This document shows, piece by piece, positions 16,275-24,462 of a stretch of 35,812 nt of DNA. The notes below the pieces were generated by a model. That model was not told the DNA's origin. It searched no databases and saw nothing but the letters and a program-made list of their open reading frames with translations. Position 1 is the stretch's first letter. Each line of letters begins with the position of its first letter. The DNA is from a virus (Duplodnaviria; Caudoviricetes). A program made the translations under genes and the position numbers. The stretch is taken from positions 1 through 35,812 of the IMG/VR virus record IMGVR_UViG_3300049492_000068; one strand, written 5' to 3'.

Positions 16275-17737
16275 TCGACCTATTCCAGGAATCCTCGCGA
16301 AAGCAAATTGCGGCCTACATTCGAAATGAATTTCCCCGCATTGAATATCAAGCCGAGATATTTGAAATCATGGAAGGGAACGTAAAAGGACTTTTAGAGC
16401 AAAAAATGCTTGAGGACCTTGGGAGAAAGTCTTTCTCAGCCGCAAGGACCCGTCAAGCGCCTATCAATGTCTTTAGAAAGATCGTCGATAAGCTCACAAA
16501 AATTTATGACGGGAACGTGACGAGGGAAGTTGTCGGGGGAACCGAACAGGATGAAAAACTCGTACAGTGGTATGAGGAAATCCTTTCAGTGAATCGGAAG
16601 TTTTCCAAAAACAATGAAAACTTCAACGCCTATCTCTATGGTCTTTTGCAAATCGGGCTCAACAATCCGAAGCCTGGTGAGCTAACGCGCAAGCCTTTCA
16701 TCAGATCGATTCCGAACCATCAGTTCCTCATCATGAATACAAGCATGACCGACCCAACAACGGCTGATGTTATCATTGTGTTCATGGGAAAAAGAGAGGA
16801 CGCAAAAGGCGAAAAGCAGGATATTTTCTACGTTTACACCGACTACCAATTCGTTATCATAGATCAGTCAGGCGATATCATTAACGATATGATGACCGAA
16901 AGGGAATTGGACGGAGAAAATATCTATGGAGTGACTCCTTTTGCATATGCGAATGGATCACAGGACTGTGTCATGCCTTCGATTCAGCCCGATAACAAGG
17001 ATATGACTCTTCTCATCCCTCTGCTATTGACTGATCTAAACTACGCTGTGAAGTTTCAAGCCTTCTCCGTCTTTGTTGGGATCGACATCGATGACAAGCA
17101 GGTGGAATTTTCTCCGAACTCAATACTCCTTTTCCAAACCAAGCCGGGCGGGGAAAAGCCGAGTTTCGACGTTGTAAAGCCTACCATCGATATCGGTGAG
17201 ACGCTTAGCCTGGCCTCATCACAAATGAGCCTTTGGCTATCAAGCAAGGGCATCAGACCAGGGCAAATCGGGCAAATCGGAGCTGACCAGCTATCAAGCG
17301 GTATCAGCAAAATGATTGAAGAGTCAGACACTTTTGATTCGATCAAAAAGCAAATCACAATCTATGAGGAATTCGAGAGAGAATTCTGGGAAAAACTCCT
17401 GAAGGATATTCACCCAAAATGGGTAGCGGCTGGCATTGTCGAAAACAAAACTATTTTCACCCCGTCCGCGCGAGTGGTGACTAAGTTCGTAAAACCCACA
17501 CCGATGCAAACACGCGGCGAACTGGTCAAGGACCTGGAAGCCGAAGTTGTGGCTGGGTTCACATCCAAAAAGCGGGCGGTATCAATGCTCAATACTGGCC
17601 TGTCAGAGGAGGAGCTAGAGGACCTCATGGATGAAATTGAAGAGGAAAAATTTATCATAAAGTCGGGAGTACAAGGCAATGGCACGGGAGAGGAACAAGG
17701 AGACCCAGCTGACTCTTCAGATACCGAAGGACTTTGA
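16271..17737 (+). CDS. portal protein
   Basis: 488 aa directly after TerL; N.FRKIVDK near the N-terminus, SG.SK motif, acidic C-terminus. Confidence 0.85.
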   Translation: MIDLFQESSRKQIAAYIRNEFPRIEYQAEIFEIMEGNVKGLLEQKMLEDLGRKSFSAARTRQAPINVFRKIVDKLTKIYDGNVTREVVGGTEQDEKLVQWYEEILSVNRKFSKNNENFNAYLYGLLQIGLNNPKPGELTRKPFIRSIPNHQFLIMNTSMTDPTTADVIIVFMGKREDAKGEKQDIFYVYTDYQFVIIDQSGDIINDMMTERELDGENIYGVTPFAYANGSQDCVMPSIQPDNKDMTLLIPLLLTDLNYAVKFQAFSVFVGIDIDDKQVEFSPNSILLFQTKPGGEKPSFDVVKPTIDIGETLSLASSQMSLWLSSKGIRPGQIGQIGADQLSSGISKMIEESDTFDSIKKQITIYEEFEREFWEKLLKDIHPKWVAAGIVENKTIFTPSARVVTKFVKPTPMQTRGELVKDLEAEVVAGFTSKKRAVSMLNTGLSEEELEDLMDEIEEEKFIIKSGVQGNGTGEEQGDPADSSDTEGL

Positions 17738-18140
17738 TCCAAACCAAAGAGCCGAGCTAGCCGATAGGGTTTTGGAATTTATCCGAGACCGATCAAAGAA
17801 AGGCTACAACGTCAATGGACGGGACTGGTCAGGGGAAGCTGGAAAGTACACTGAGGAGTACGCAAAGAAAAAAGGTGTATCCGCTGGCGGTCCCGTTGAC
17901 CTTAGCTTGTCGCACGATATGCTGGACGGGATGCAATACTTTCCGAGCAAAAGCCCAACGGGTCAAATTACGATCGGTTTTAGGAAGGGCACACTTTTGG
18001 AGCGGAAAGCTGAAGGCAATATCATAGGCAGCTATGGCAAGCCTTCAGGCAATCCAAAGAAGGCGCGTCCGTTCCTCGATATTTTGCAGAAGGACCTGAA
18101 GGATATCATTGAAGAGGTGCGAAGTGACGGCAGCGAGTGA
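17679..18140 (+). CDS. virion morphogenesis protein (Mu gpG / P2 gpS-like)
   Basis: Y...Y.K.K...VDL.LS.DML....ITIGF...KA......ARPFL. Confidence 0.6.
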   Translation: MARERNKETQLTLQIPKDFDPNQRAELADRVLEFIRDRSKKGYNVNGRDWSGEAGKYTEEYAKKKGVSAGGPVDLSLSHDMLDGMQYFPSKSPTGQITIGFRKGTLLERKAEGNIIGSYGKPSGNPKKARPFLDILQKDLKDIIEEVRSDGSE

Positions 18141-18573
18141 CGTGAGCAAAGCCTTTGCAAAAATCCTCAGCAAAGTCGATAGCCCGGACGCGATGCGAAG
18201 GCTTGGAACTTTCCTGATTGCCATGATCAGAGTCAGAACCAGAGGACGCGGCGAAGGTGTTCAAAAACCGGGCGGTCCAGCTTCCAAACTCAAGCGGGTT
18301 ACGAGCAAGTACGCAAAATGGCGGGCGAAGCAACCAAGACACCCGGAAGCAGCAACGGGCAGGTCAAGCAATTTGACGTTCTCTGGAAAAATGCTTGATA
18401 GCCTGATCATAAAAAAAGCAAATCGGACCCAGCTTTTCCTTGGATTCAAAACCCAAAAGGAAGCGAACAAGGCTCAATGGCAGGAGGAACAAGGTCGGCG
18501 CTTTCTTGTACTCAGCGGGAAAGAAATTAAGGACGCGGCGGCTTTCGTAAAATCGGGACTCAAGGGACGTTGA
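18124..18573 (+). CDS. virion morphogenesis protein (Mu gpG-like, paralogue)
   Basis: KYAKWR...NLTFSGKMLDSL....LGF....KA.WQ....RRFL.L. GTG start inferred. Confidence 0.6.
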   Translation: MTAASDVSKAFAKILSKVDSPDAMRRLGTFLIAMIRVRTRGRGEGVQKPGGPASKLKRVTSKYAKWRAKQPRHPEAATGRSSNLTFSGKMLDSLIIKKANRTQLFLGFKTQKEANKAQWQEEQGRRFLVLSGKEIKDAAAFVKSGLKGR

Positions 18574-18617
18574 AAAGTATCACGCCCTATTGACATTTAT
18601 AAACGAAGGAACTTAGT

Positions 18618-19253
18618 ATGGTCACAGAATCTCACCTAGATGGATCCAGTGGGTCCTCCTCCGACTTAGCCAGTGGCGACGGAAGCGGTGACGGAAAGCC
18701 CAAGCATGTTTCGTTTGATACGTACGAAAAAACGTTGAGAGCGGAACGGAATGCAAAGCAGAAGTTACAGGAAGTCCAAGAGCGCCTTTTGACCTTCGAA
18801 AACGAAAAAAAATCGGTCGAAGAACAAAAGCTAATCTCTGAAAAAAAGCACGTTGAATACATCGAACAGCTGAAGCGCGAAAAGCAGGAACTGGAACAAA
18901 AAACCAGTCACCTCCTGCAAGAGCAAACAGACTTTCGCAAACTCAACGCGACGCTCGGACTCATGCAGGAAAAAGGAATTCAGCTGGAAGCGAAGTATCT
19001 TGGTCTGCTTCCCTTGGATAGAATCGAGATTACAGACGAAGGTGGAATTGATCTTACGTCGGTATCGCAAGTTGTCTCGGACTTCCAGAAAGAGCACCCA
19101 AGGCTTACGGCACCGGCCAAAGCTTTTTTGCCCAGTGACAAGTCAGGTTCGGCGGCGAATGCATTGAGCGTGGAAGACTGGAAAAAGCTTCCATACAAGG
19201 AAAAGCAAGAAGCCTTCAAATCCGGGCGAGTGAAACATAACTTTAAATTCTAA
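18618..19253 (+). CDS. capsid scaffolding protein
   Basis: Low-complexity N-terminus and long charged coiled coil; immediately precedes the capsid gene. Confidence 0.8.
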   Translation: MVTESHLDGSSGSSSDLASGDGSGDGKPKHVSFDTYEKTLRAERNAKQKLQEVQERLLTFENEKKSVEEQKLISEKKHVEYIEQLKREKQELEQKTSHLLQEQTDFRKLNATLGLMQEKGIQLEAKYLGLLPLDRIEITDEGGIDLTSVSQVVSDFQKEHPRLTAPAKAFLPSDKSGSAANALSVEDWKKLPYKEKQEAFKSGRVKHNFKF

Positions 19254-19301
19254 GGGTGACGGCAGTCGTCATCCTTATAACACGAAAAGGGTGACGACAT
19301 G
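19251..19301 (+). promoter_or_regulatory. competing hairpins at the capsid RBS
   Basis: Segments AAGGGTGACGGC / GTCGTCATCCTT / AAGGGTGACGAC-ATG. Confidence 0.6.
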
Positions 19302-20168
19302 GCCAACTCTGATTTAGACAACGTAACGAGTGCAATCCAAACTTTTTGGGCTCCGCTTTTTATGGACGAACTTCGCCAAACGAATTTGCTCTACAACTTG
19401 GTAAACCGTGATTACACTGGCGATCTTCGCGAAATGGGCGACACAGTCAAGGTGAACCAAATCAATGCACCTACTGGTGAGCGTCTGACAATCGACGGCG
19501 CTGGCGTAGGCCGAACATTCACTCCTGAGACTATCTCGCTTTCCTCTGTCTCTGTGACAGCCGATCAGCGAATTGTTGCTTCGTATGACTTCCATGACCT
19601 TGTCGCTATTCAATCCATGATCGATCCTGTAGGGTCGCGTGCGACCGAAATTCGCACAGCCATGGTACAGGCGATCAGCAATCAATTGAACACGTACCTA
19701 TATTCCCTGGTAGCACCTACCACAACCATCCCATCGATTGCGACCATGACAGCCGCGACCGTTGGAACCGCGCGAGAAACCGCAGCCGTTGCAAAATGGG
19801 GTTATAATAAACCCTGGTACGGTCTGCTTGCTCCCCAGTATTACTCGGACCTTTTGGTCGATACAACTTTCACTTCGGCTGATTTTGTCGGCGGCGACAC
19901 TCCTGTGATCAGCGGCCAAATCGGTCTGAAGCGATACGGCTTCAACATCTTTGAAGACAACACCCAAACAGCTGGCGCAACGGCTGGTGGTTTGTTCTTT
20001 CACCCGGACTTTTTGTACATGGTTTCCCAGTACGAACCACGGTTCAAAATCTCTGACAAGCACAGCCAGCACGAATTTGCTTTCGTTATGTCTGTTGACT
20101 GGGTGATTGGTGCCAAGCTTGGCATCCAAGGCGCGGCGAAGCATATCAAAGTCCAGACTGGTGCTTAA
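19299..20168 (+). CDS. major capsid protein (HK97 fold, P22-coat-like family)
   Basis: W....M.EL......LVNRDY.G.....GDTVKV pattern, G.IG...GFNIFE and FHPD; 289 aa after the scaffold. Confidence 0.9.
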   Translation: MANSDLDNVTSAIQTFWAPLFMDELRQTNLLYNLVNRDYTGDLREMGDTVKVNQINAPTGERLTIDGAGVGRTFTPETISLSSVSVTADQRIVASYDFHDLVAIQSMIDPVGSRATEIRTAMVQAISNQLNTYLYSLVAPTTTIPSIATMTAATVGTARETAAVAKWGYNKPWYGLLAPQYYSDLLVDTTFTSADFVGGDTPVISGQIGLKRYGFNIFEDNTQTAGATAGGLFFHPDFLYMVSQYEPRFKISDKHSQHEFAFVMSVDWVIGAKLGIQGAAKHIKVQTGA

Positions 20169-20203
20169 TCTCAGATACTAGTTCCATAGATTCTCGATAG
20201 CAC

Positions 20204-20241
20204 GGCGGCTTTCACCGATGAGGAGTTAGCCGCCTATTTTT
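20204..20241 (+). terminator. putative terminator after the capsid gene
   Basis: GGCGGCT...AGCCGCC followed by TATTTTT. Confidence 0.5.
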
Positions 20242-20264
20242 CAAAATACTGAAGGAAACGAAGC

Positions 20265-20474
20265 ATGGAAGACATCAACGGATTTTCGAATCTGATCATG
20301 ATTGACGGGCGGTCGTTCGACAATCTCAAGCAACGGATGGTTGAGCAAGTTCAGGTGCCAGCACAAATTTTGTATATAGGCCTCAAGCCAAACGGATATC
20401 CCTACGCGGTCCTCAAGGTATCTGTCCCAACCAAGGCACAGCCTTCGGCACCTAAAAAGAGCGAAGTGCTTTAA
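20265..20474 (+). CDS. hypothetical protein
   Basis: AAGGA RBS; in the late operon. Confidence 0.6.
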   Translation: MEDINGFSNLIMIDGRSFDNLKQRMVEQVQVPAQILYIGLKPNGYPYAVLKVSVPTKAQPSAPKKSEVL

Positions 20475-20483
20475 GGGGTTCCC

Positions 20484-21062
20484 ATGACTAAGTACGGTTT
20501 GACAGACTTGGAGCGGGGAAAGTATTTTCCAGGTGGGACCGAAAGCCTGTCAACCGTCCGCGTCCAAAACCTTGCCTACAGCGTAGTTCCATATGAGTCA
20601 TATCGATATGAGATTCGATACGCGGTCAATGGATCAAACAAAGACCAGACCGTCAATGGATCGGTGACTCCAGTGGATTTCGTTATCGACTTTCCAGCAA
20701 GGTCATTGGTTGAGCATATCGATTTTTCAATCGTCGCAATCAATCCCACGTCGATACTAAACTATGGAACAGTATCAGGTGGGCTGACTAATGGCATTGA
20801 ACTTCGCACAAAAAGGGACGGGACCGAGGTCCTGTTCTTTACAATCAAGACGTTCATGGACCTCAACCACGTTTCATCGACTGCAGTCACAGCAAAAAGA
20901 ATTTCTGGCAACATAAACGAGGAGGTTTTTAACTCCTCGCTTCAGTTTCTAAATCCTGCTATTTTTCAGGCAGGCGATCAAATAATTTTCAGAATCAGAG
21001 ACAACTTAACAGCTGCAGGGCTTACATATCAGCGCGCGTCAGTCATCATGAAAGAGGTATGA
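20484..21062 (+). CDS. putative structural protein
   Basis: Beta-rich; lies between the capsid and neck genes. Confidence 0.55.
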   Translation: MTKYGLTDLERGKYFPGGTESLSTVRVQNLAYSVVPYESYRYEIRYAVNGSNKDQTVNGSVTPVDFVIDFPARSLVEHIDFSIVAINPTSILNYGTVSGGLTNGIELRTKRDGTEVLFFTIKTFMDLNHVSSTAVTAKRISGNINEEVFNSSLQFLNPAIFQAGDQIIFRIRDNLTAAGLTYQRASVIMKEV

Positions 21063-21913
21063 CCATGCAATCAAACATTGACCAGCGGGTTTTCTTTTAT
21101 GATGATTCGGCAAATTCCTTTACTGATTTGACCGTATCACTTAACGAATGGAACAACGGGAAAACTGTTTCTCTCGTTATGGCGCCAGAGGATTTTCTGT
21201 ACGTGGCGTGCTTTCTGCCTTTCAACCATAAATACTTCAGGTTTTACACGCCGTCCTCTGCCTTAAGATCGCCTTCGGTTGAGATACTAAACGCGCCGAC
21301 CGAGTGGAGTCCTGTAGTAGATTCCTTGGACTACACGAACGGCTTTCAGGCATCGGGCGTTTTGCAATACACGCCTGACTATGACAAAAACTGGGGACTT
21401 GTTTCCCGCTCATCGACCGATATCACTGGGTTCTCAGCCGGTCCTGTAGTGTACGGTGCATTTTGGCTTCGCATATCTTTTGCATCGGCGGCTACGTTTA
21501 CGCTTGAATACATCGGTCAAAAGTTCTCCTCCGATGCCGACCTATTCCAGGAATATCCAATGCTCCAAAGCCAGACCATCCTTGCCGGGTGGAAGTCTGG
21601 CAAAACCAACTGGGACGATCAGCACTTACTAGCTGCAAACTACATCAGCAAAACCATGATCCAACGCGGGCTGATTTACACGAACAACCAAATTTTAGAC
21701 ATATCGACCCTAAGAGGGCCAGCCGTCCATAAAGCGGCTCACATCATTTTCAGCGGACTTGGTGCACGGAACTATGCTGAAGAGATAAAGCTGGCCGCTG
21801 AGAATTTTGACAAGGCCATGACTCAGGACAAGTTCCAGGTCGATACCAACGCGAACGCGCGAAAGGACCGGGCTGAAGTGGTTCTCAATACGACCTCGAG
21901 GGCTTCGCGATGA
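21059..21913 (+). CDS. head-tail adaptor with an extra N-terminal beta domain (putative)
   Basis: Position; helical C-terminal ~125 aa resembles a gp15/gp6-type connector. Confidence 0.5.
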   Translation: MTMQSNIDQRVFFYDDSANSFTDLTVSLNEWNNGKTVSLVMAPEDFLYVACFLPFNHKYFRFYTPSSALRSPSVEILNAPTEWSPVVDSLDYTNGFQASGVLQYTPDYDKNWGLVSRSSTDITGFSAGPVVYGAFWLRISFASAATFTLEYIGQKFSSDADLFQEYPMLQSQTILAGWKSGKTNWDDQHLLAANYISKTMIQRGLIYTNNQILDISTLRGPAVHKAAHIIFSGLGARNYAEEIKLAAENFDKAMTQDKFQVDTNANARKDRAEVVLNTTSRASR

Positions 21914-22359
21914 GCAAGGTCACCGATATCAGGACCCAATTGAATACCCTGATCGATACGAACCTGCCTGGGTACGTAAAGCTATCCGATAGCTATGAGA
22001 CCCCAGACAACGCGGGAATGATTCTGGAGAAGGGGTTCTCGATTGGCTATGGTCCTTCGGAAAATACCTCAGATGAATGGTGCCCTGGAACTATCAGGCA
22101 AAGAAGGCAGTTCCAAATAATTCTCACAAATGTCTACACGCCGAACCTTGACCCAGAGTTTCGGGAGGACCTCGAGAACTCCCTACTTGACGATGAGTTT
22201 ACTCTGATCGCCGCAATCGAACGCGATGTGACTCTGACAGGCGAAGCAATATCGTCTCGGTTTTCATTTGATAATGGCCTTGAATATCTGATCGATGATC
22301 GGAAACAATTTATAATAATCGTGATAACAATCACGGTTGACTATGAGGAGACAACCTAA
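21910..22359 (+). CDS. tail terminator / completion protein (putative)
   Basis: 149 aa acidic protein directly before the tail tube gene; ends in a beta strand (ITITVDY). Confidence 0.55.
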   Translation: MSKVTDIRTQLNTLIDTNLPGYVKLSDSYETPDNAGMILEKGFSIGYGPSENTSDEWCPGTIRQRRQFQIILTNVYTPNLDPEFREDLENSLLDDEFTLIAAIERDVTLTGEAISSRFSFDNGLEYLIDDRKQFIIIVITITVDYEETT

Positions 22360-23891
22360 TGGCATTCGCTACACGTTCCAGTGTTTTTGCTTTTGTTGAG
22401 GAGGTCACAGAAGGCGAGCCAGTGGACCCGGCGGCCTCTGACTTTACCGTTGTTCGCGAGGGTGCAAGCTTTGCGGGCGCTGTGAACACAGTGACCTCTG
22501 ATGAACTTCGAAATTCCATCGGTGCATCGAAGTCTTTTGTCACTTCCCAAGCACCAACGGCAAGCATACCCAAGTACCTTAAGCCCAGTGGAAGCGAAGG
22601 CGTTGCGCCTGACTATTCCATTTTAATTGAGTCATGCTTGGGCGCGGTTGACGTCAATAGCACGGAATACACAACCGTTGCAGCAAGCACAGCTGGAACT
22701 GCTTCAACTCGCGCAAACCTCAAGGTCACTGCAGGAGTTGAGGCCAATTTTCAAAAGGGCCAGGCTGTCCTCATCAAAGACGCTACGAACAACTATGCGG
22801 TTCGGAACGTGTGGGACGGTATCACCTCGACAAACCTTCCCCTTTCCTTCAATTTGGGCGTCGCTCCTGCTTCAGGCGTCGCCTTGGGGAAAGCGGTCCT
22901 TTACCTTCCAAGCACCGATCAGCCGAGCTTCACAAGTCATATGTACCAAGCGGCGGCTTCCACTTCGGCTGTGCATCAAATGATTGCGGGTTCGCGCACA
23001 ACAGCTATGAATATCGAATTCACAGCGAATGAACTCGCATCTGTGACATTTGAAATCGGTGGGATTCAATATTTCATCAATCCGATTGAAATCAGTTCGC
23101 TCAACAACAAAATCGACTTCACAGATTCGGTTGGAACTGTCGCTGCAACGCTTTCCAGCAAGTTCTATGCAACGCCGATTGACCTCGCAAATGAGATAAC
23201 GAGCAAAATGACAGCCGCTTCCGTGGCATCAGCTGCGGACGTGATCACTTGCACATGGTCGAACACAACCGGCAAGTTTACCATCGTATCGGACGGTACG
23301 GTTTTAAGTCTTCTTTGGTTGACAGGTGCGAATACAGCGACAAGTGCAAAGACGGCGTTGGGCTTCAACAACACCGACGATACAGCCGCGCTGACTTACA
23401 CCTCTGACAACGCATTGACCTATAACCCAGCTGTGACTCCAACTTTTGATAGCCAGCCGCCGCAAGTGGTTCGCGACAACATGCTGGAACTTGGAACATT
23501 CGCTGACTATCTGTGCGTAGGCGGTCAAGCGCTTAGCATATCGATTGCAACGCCCAAGACCGACGTTCCCAACTGGTGCGCCGAAACTGGCATCGATGAA
23601 TCGGTTGTTTTGTCGAGAGAGGTCACAATCTCAGGGACGCTGAAGTTTGCAAAGCATGACGTGCAAAGATTCTACAACCTCATCAATAACGTTGAGACCC
23701 AGCTGGCCTTTGTTCACGGACAAAAGCTTGCCGGAAACTGGGTTCCAGGAACCATAGTTTCCATTTTCTGCCCAACGTGCTCAATCACCTCAAACACAAT
23801 TGCAGACCAGGACGGCTACATCGTCGAACAGTTCGAAGCGACTGCTTTTGTCGGCGATGACCTGGAAGACATTTATATCAATATGCTTTGA
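22359..23891 (+). CDS. major tail (tube) protein with inserted domains
   Basis: Tube-like N- and C-termini (E.TEGEP...; REVTISGTLKF; F.ATA); precedes the chaperone and tape measure genes. Confidence 0.75.
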   Translation: MAFATRSSVFAFVEEVTEGEPVDPAASDFTVVREGASFAGAVNTVTSDELRNSIGASKSFVTSQAPTASIPKYLKPSGSEGVAPDYSILIESCLGAVDVNSTEYTTVAASTAGTASTRANLKVTAGVEANFQKGQAVLIKDATNNYAVRNVWDGITSTNLPLSFNLGVAPASGVALGKAVLYLPSTDQPSFTSHMYQAAASTSAVHQMIAGSRTTAMNIEFTANELASVTFEIGGIQYFINPIEISSLNNKIDFTDSVGTVAATLSSKFYATPIDLANEITSKMTAASVASAADVITCTWSNTTGKFTIVSDGTVLSLLWLTGANTATSAKTALGFNNTDDTAALTYTSDNALTYNPAVTPTFDSQPPQVVRDNMLELGTFADYLCVGGQALSISIATPKTDVPNWCAETGIDESVVLSREVTISGTLKFAKHDVQRFYNLINNVETQLAFVHGQKLAGNWVPGTIVSIFCPTCSITSNTIADQDGYIVEQFEATAFVGDDLEDIYINML

Positions 23892-23917
23892 TTCACCCAG
23901 CTATCGAGGATCGCGCA

Positions 23918-24226
23918 ATGAGTGACATGATCAAAACGCTTGAGTTAGGCGAGGGCAAAGGGTGCATCAAGTACCGCGTGCCTAATGTTATCGAACAGCT
24001 TCGTTTCTTCAGTTCGTCTGGCTGGTATTCCGATGAGTGCCAGTCAGACATTTATCTCAGAACACTCAAAGCAATCGAGACCGGGCGGGATTTCATTGTA
24101 GCGGTTGAAGGACTTTACAACTCAATCGATGAAGTCCTGTCGGATCGGTCCAATATAGATGCCCTGATTCAATTCGCTTGGGACCTTGCGGCGGCTAAGT
24201 TGGGCGATAGCACAAAAAAGCCCTAA
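23918..24226 (+). CDS. tail assembly chaperone (gpG-like)
   Basis: GAGGA RBS; ends at the slippery site A AAA AAG (24214-24220). Confidence 0.8.
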   Translation: MSDMIKTLELGEGKGCIKYRVPNVIEQLRFFSSSGWYSDECQSDIYLRTLKAIETGRDFIVAVEGLYNSIDEVLSDRSNIDALIQFAWDLAAAKLGDSTKKP

Positions 24227-24462
24227 GGCTTGTCGCCGTCAATATCATAGCGAAGCAGCCATACCTTGACGGTGTCGAGCCTGAGGAAAAAAACGCAGTC
24301 ATCCTTGCCGTCAATCTACTGGAAGCAATCAGGGGAGCCGATCGCCTAAAGCTTGACGGGTTTTCCGTTCGGCAATTAACAGCCCAAGAATTCCACCTTG
24401 TCAGCTATCTCGCTGCACAGGTCGATGGGATGGGATCAAAAGGAAAGGCTGGCCGTGGCTGA
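24214..24462 (+). CDS. -1 frameshift extension of the tail chaperone (gpGT-like)
   Basis: The -1 frame after A AAA AAG is open for 80 codons (ALRLVAVNII...KAGRG) to TGA at 24460-24462, overlapping the tape measure start. Confidence 0.8.
   Translation, partial: KKALRLVAVNIIAKQPYLDGVEPEEKNAVILAVNLLEAIRGADRLKLDGFSVRQLTAQEFHLVSYLAAQVDGMGSKGKAGRG

Noticed and set aside
18590-18619. TTGACA-18-TAGTAT promoter before the scaffold gene
   Set aside because: The -10 overlaps the start codon, so the TSS would fall inside the gene; this cannot be supported without transcript data.
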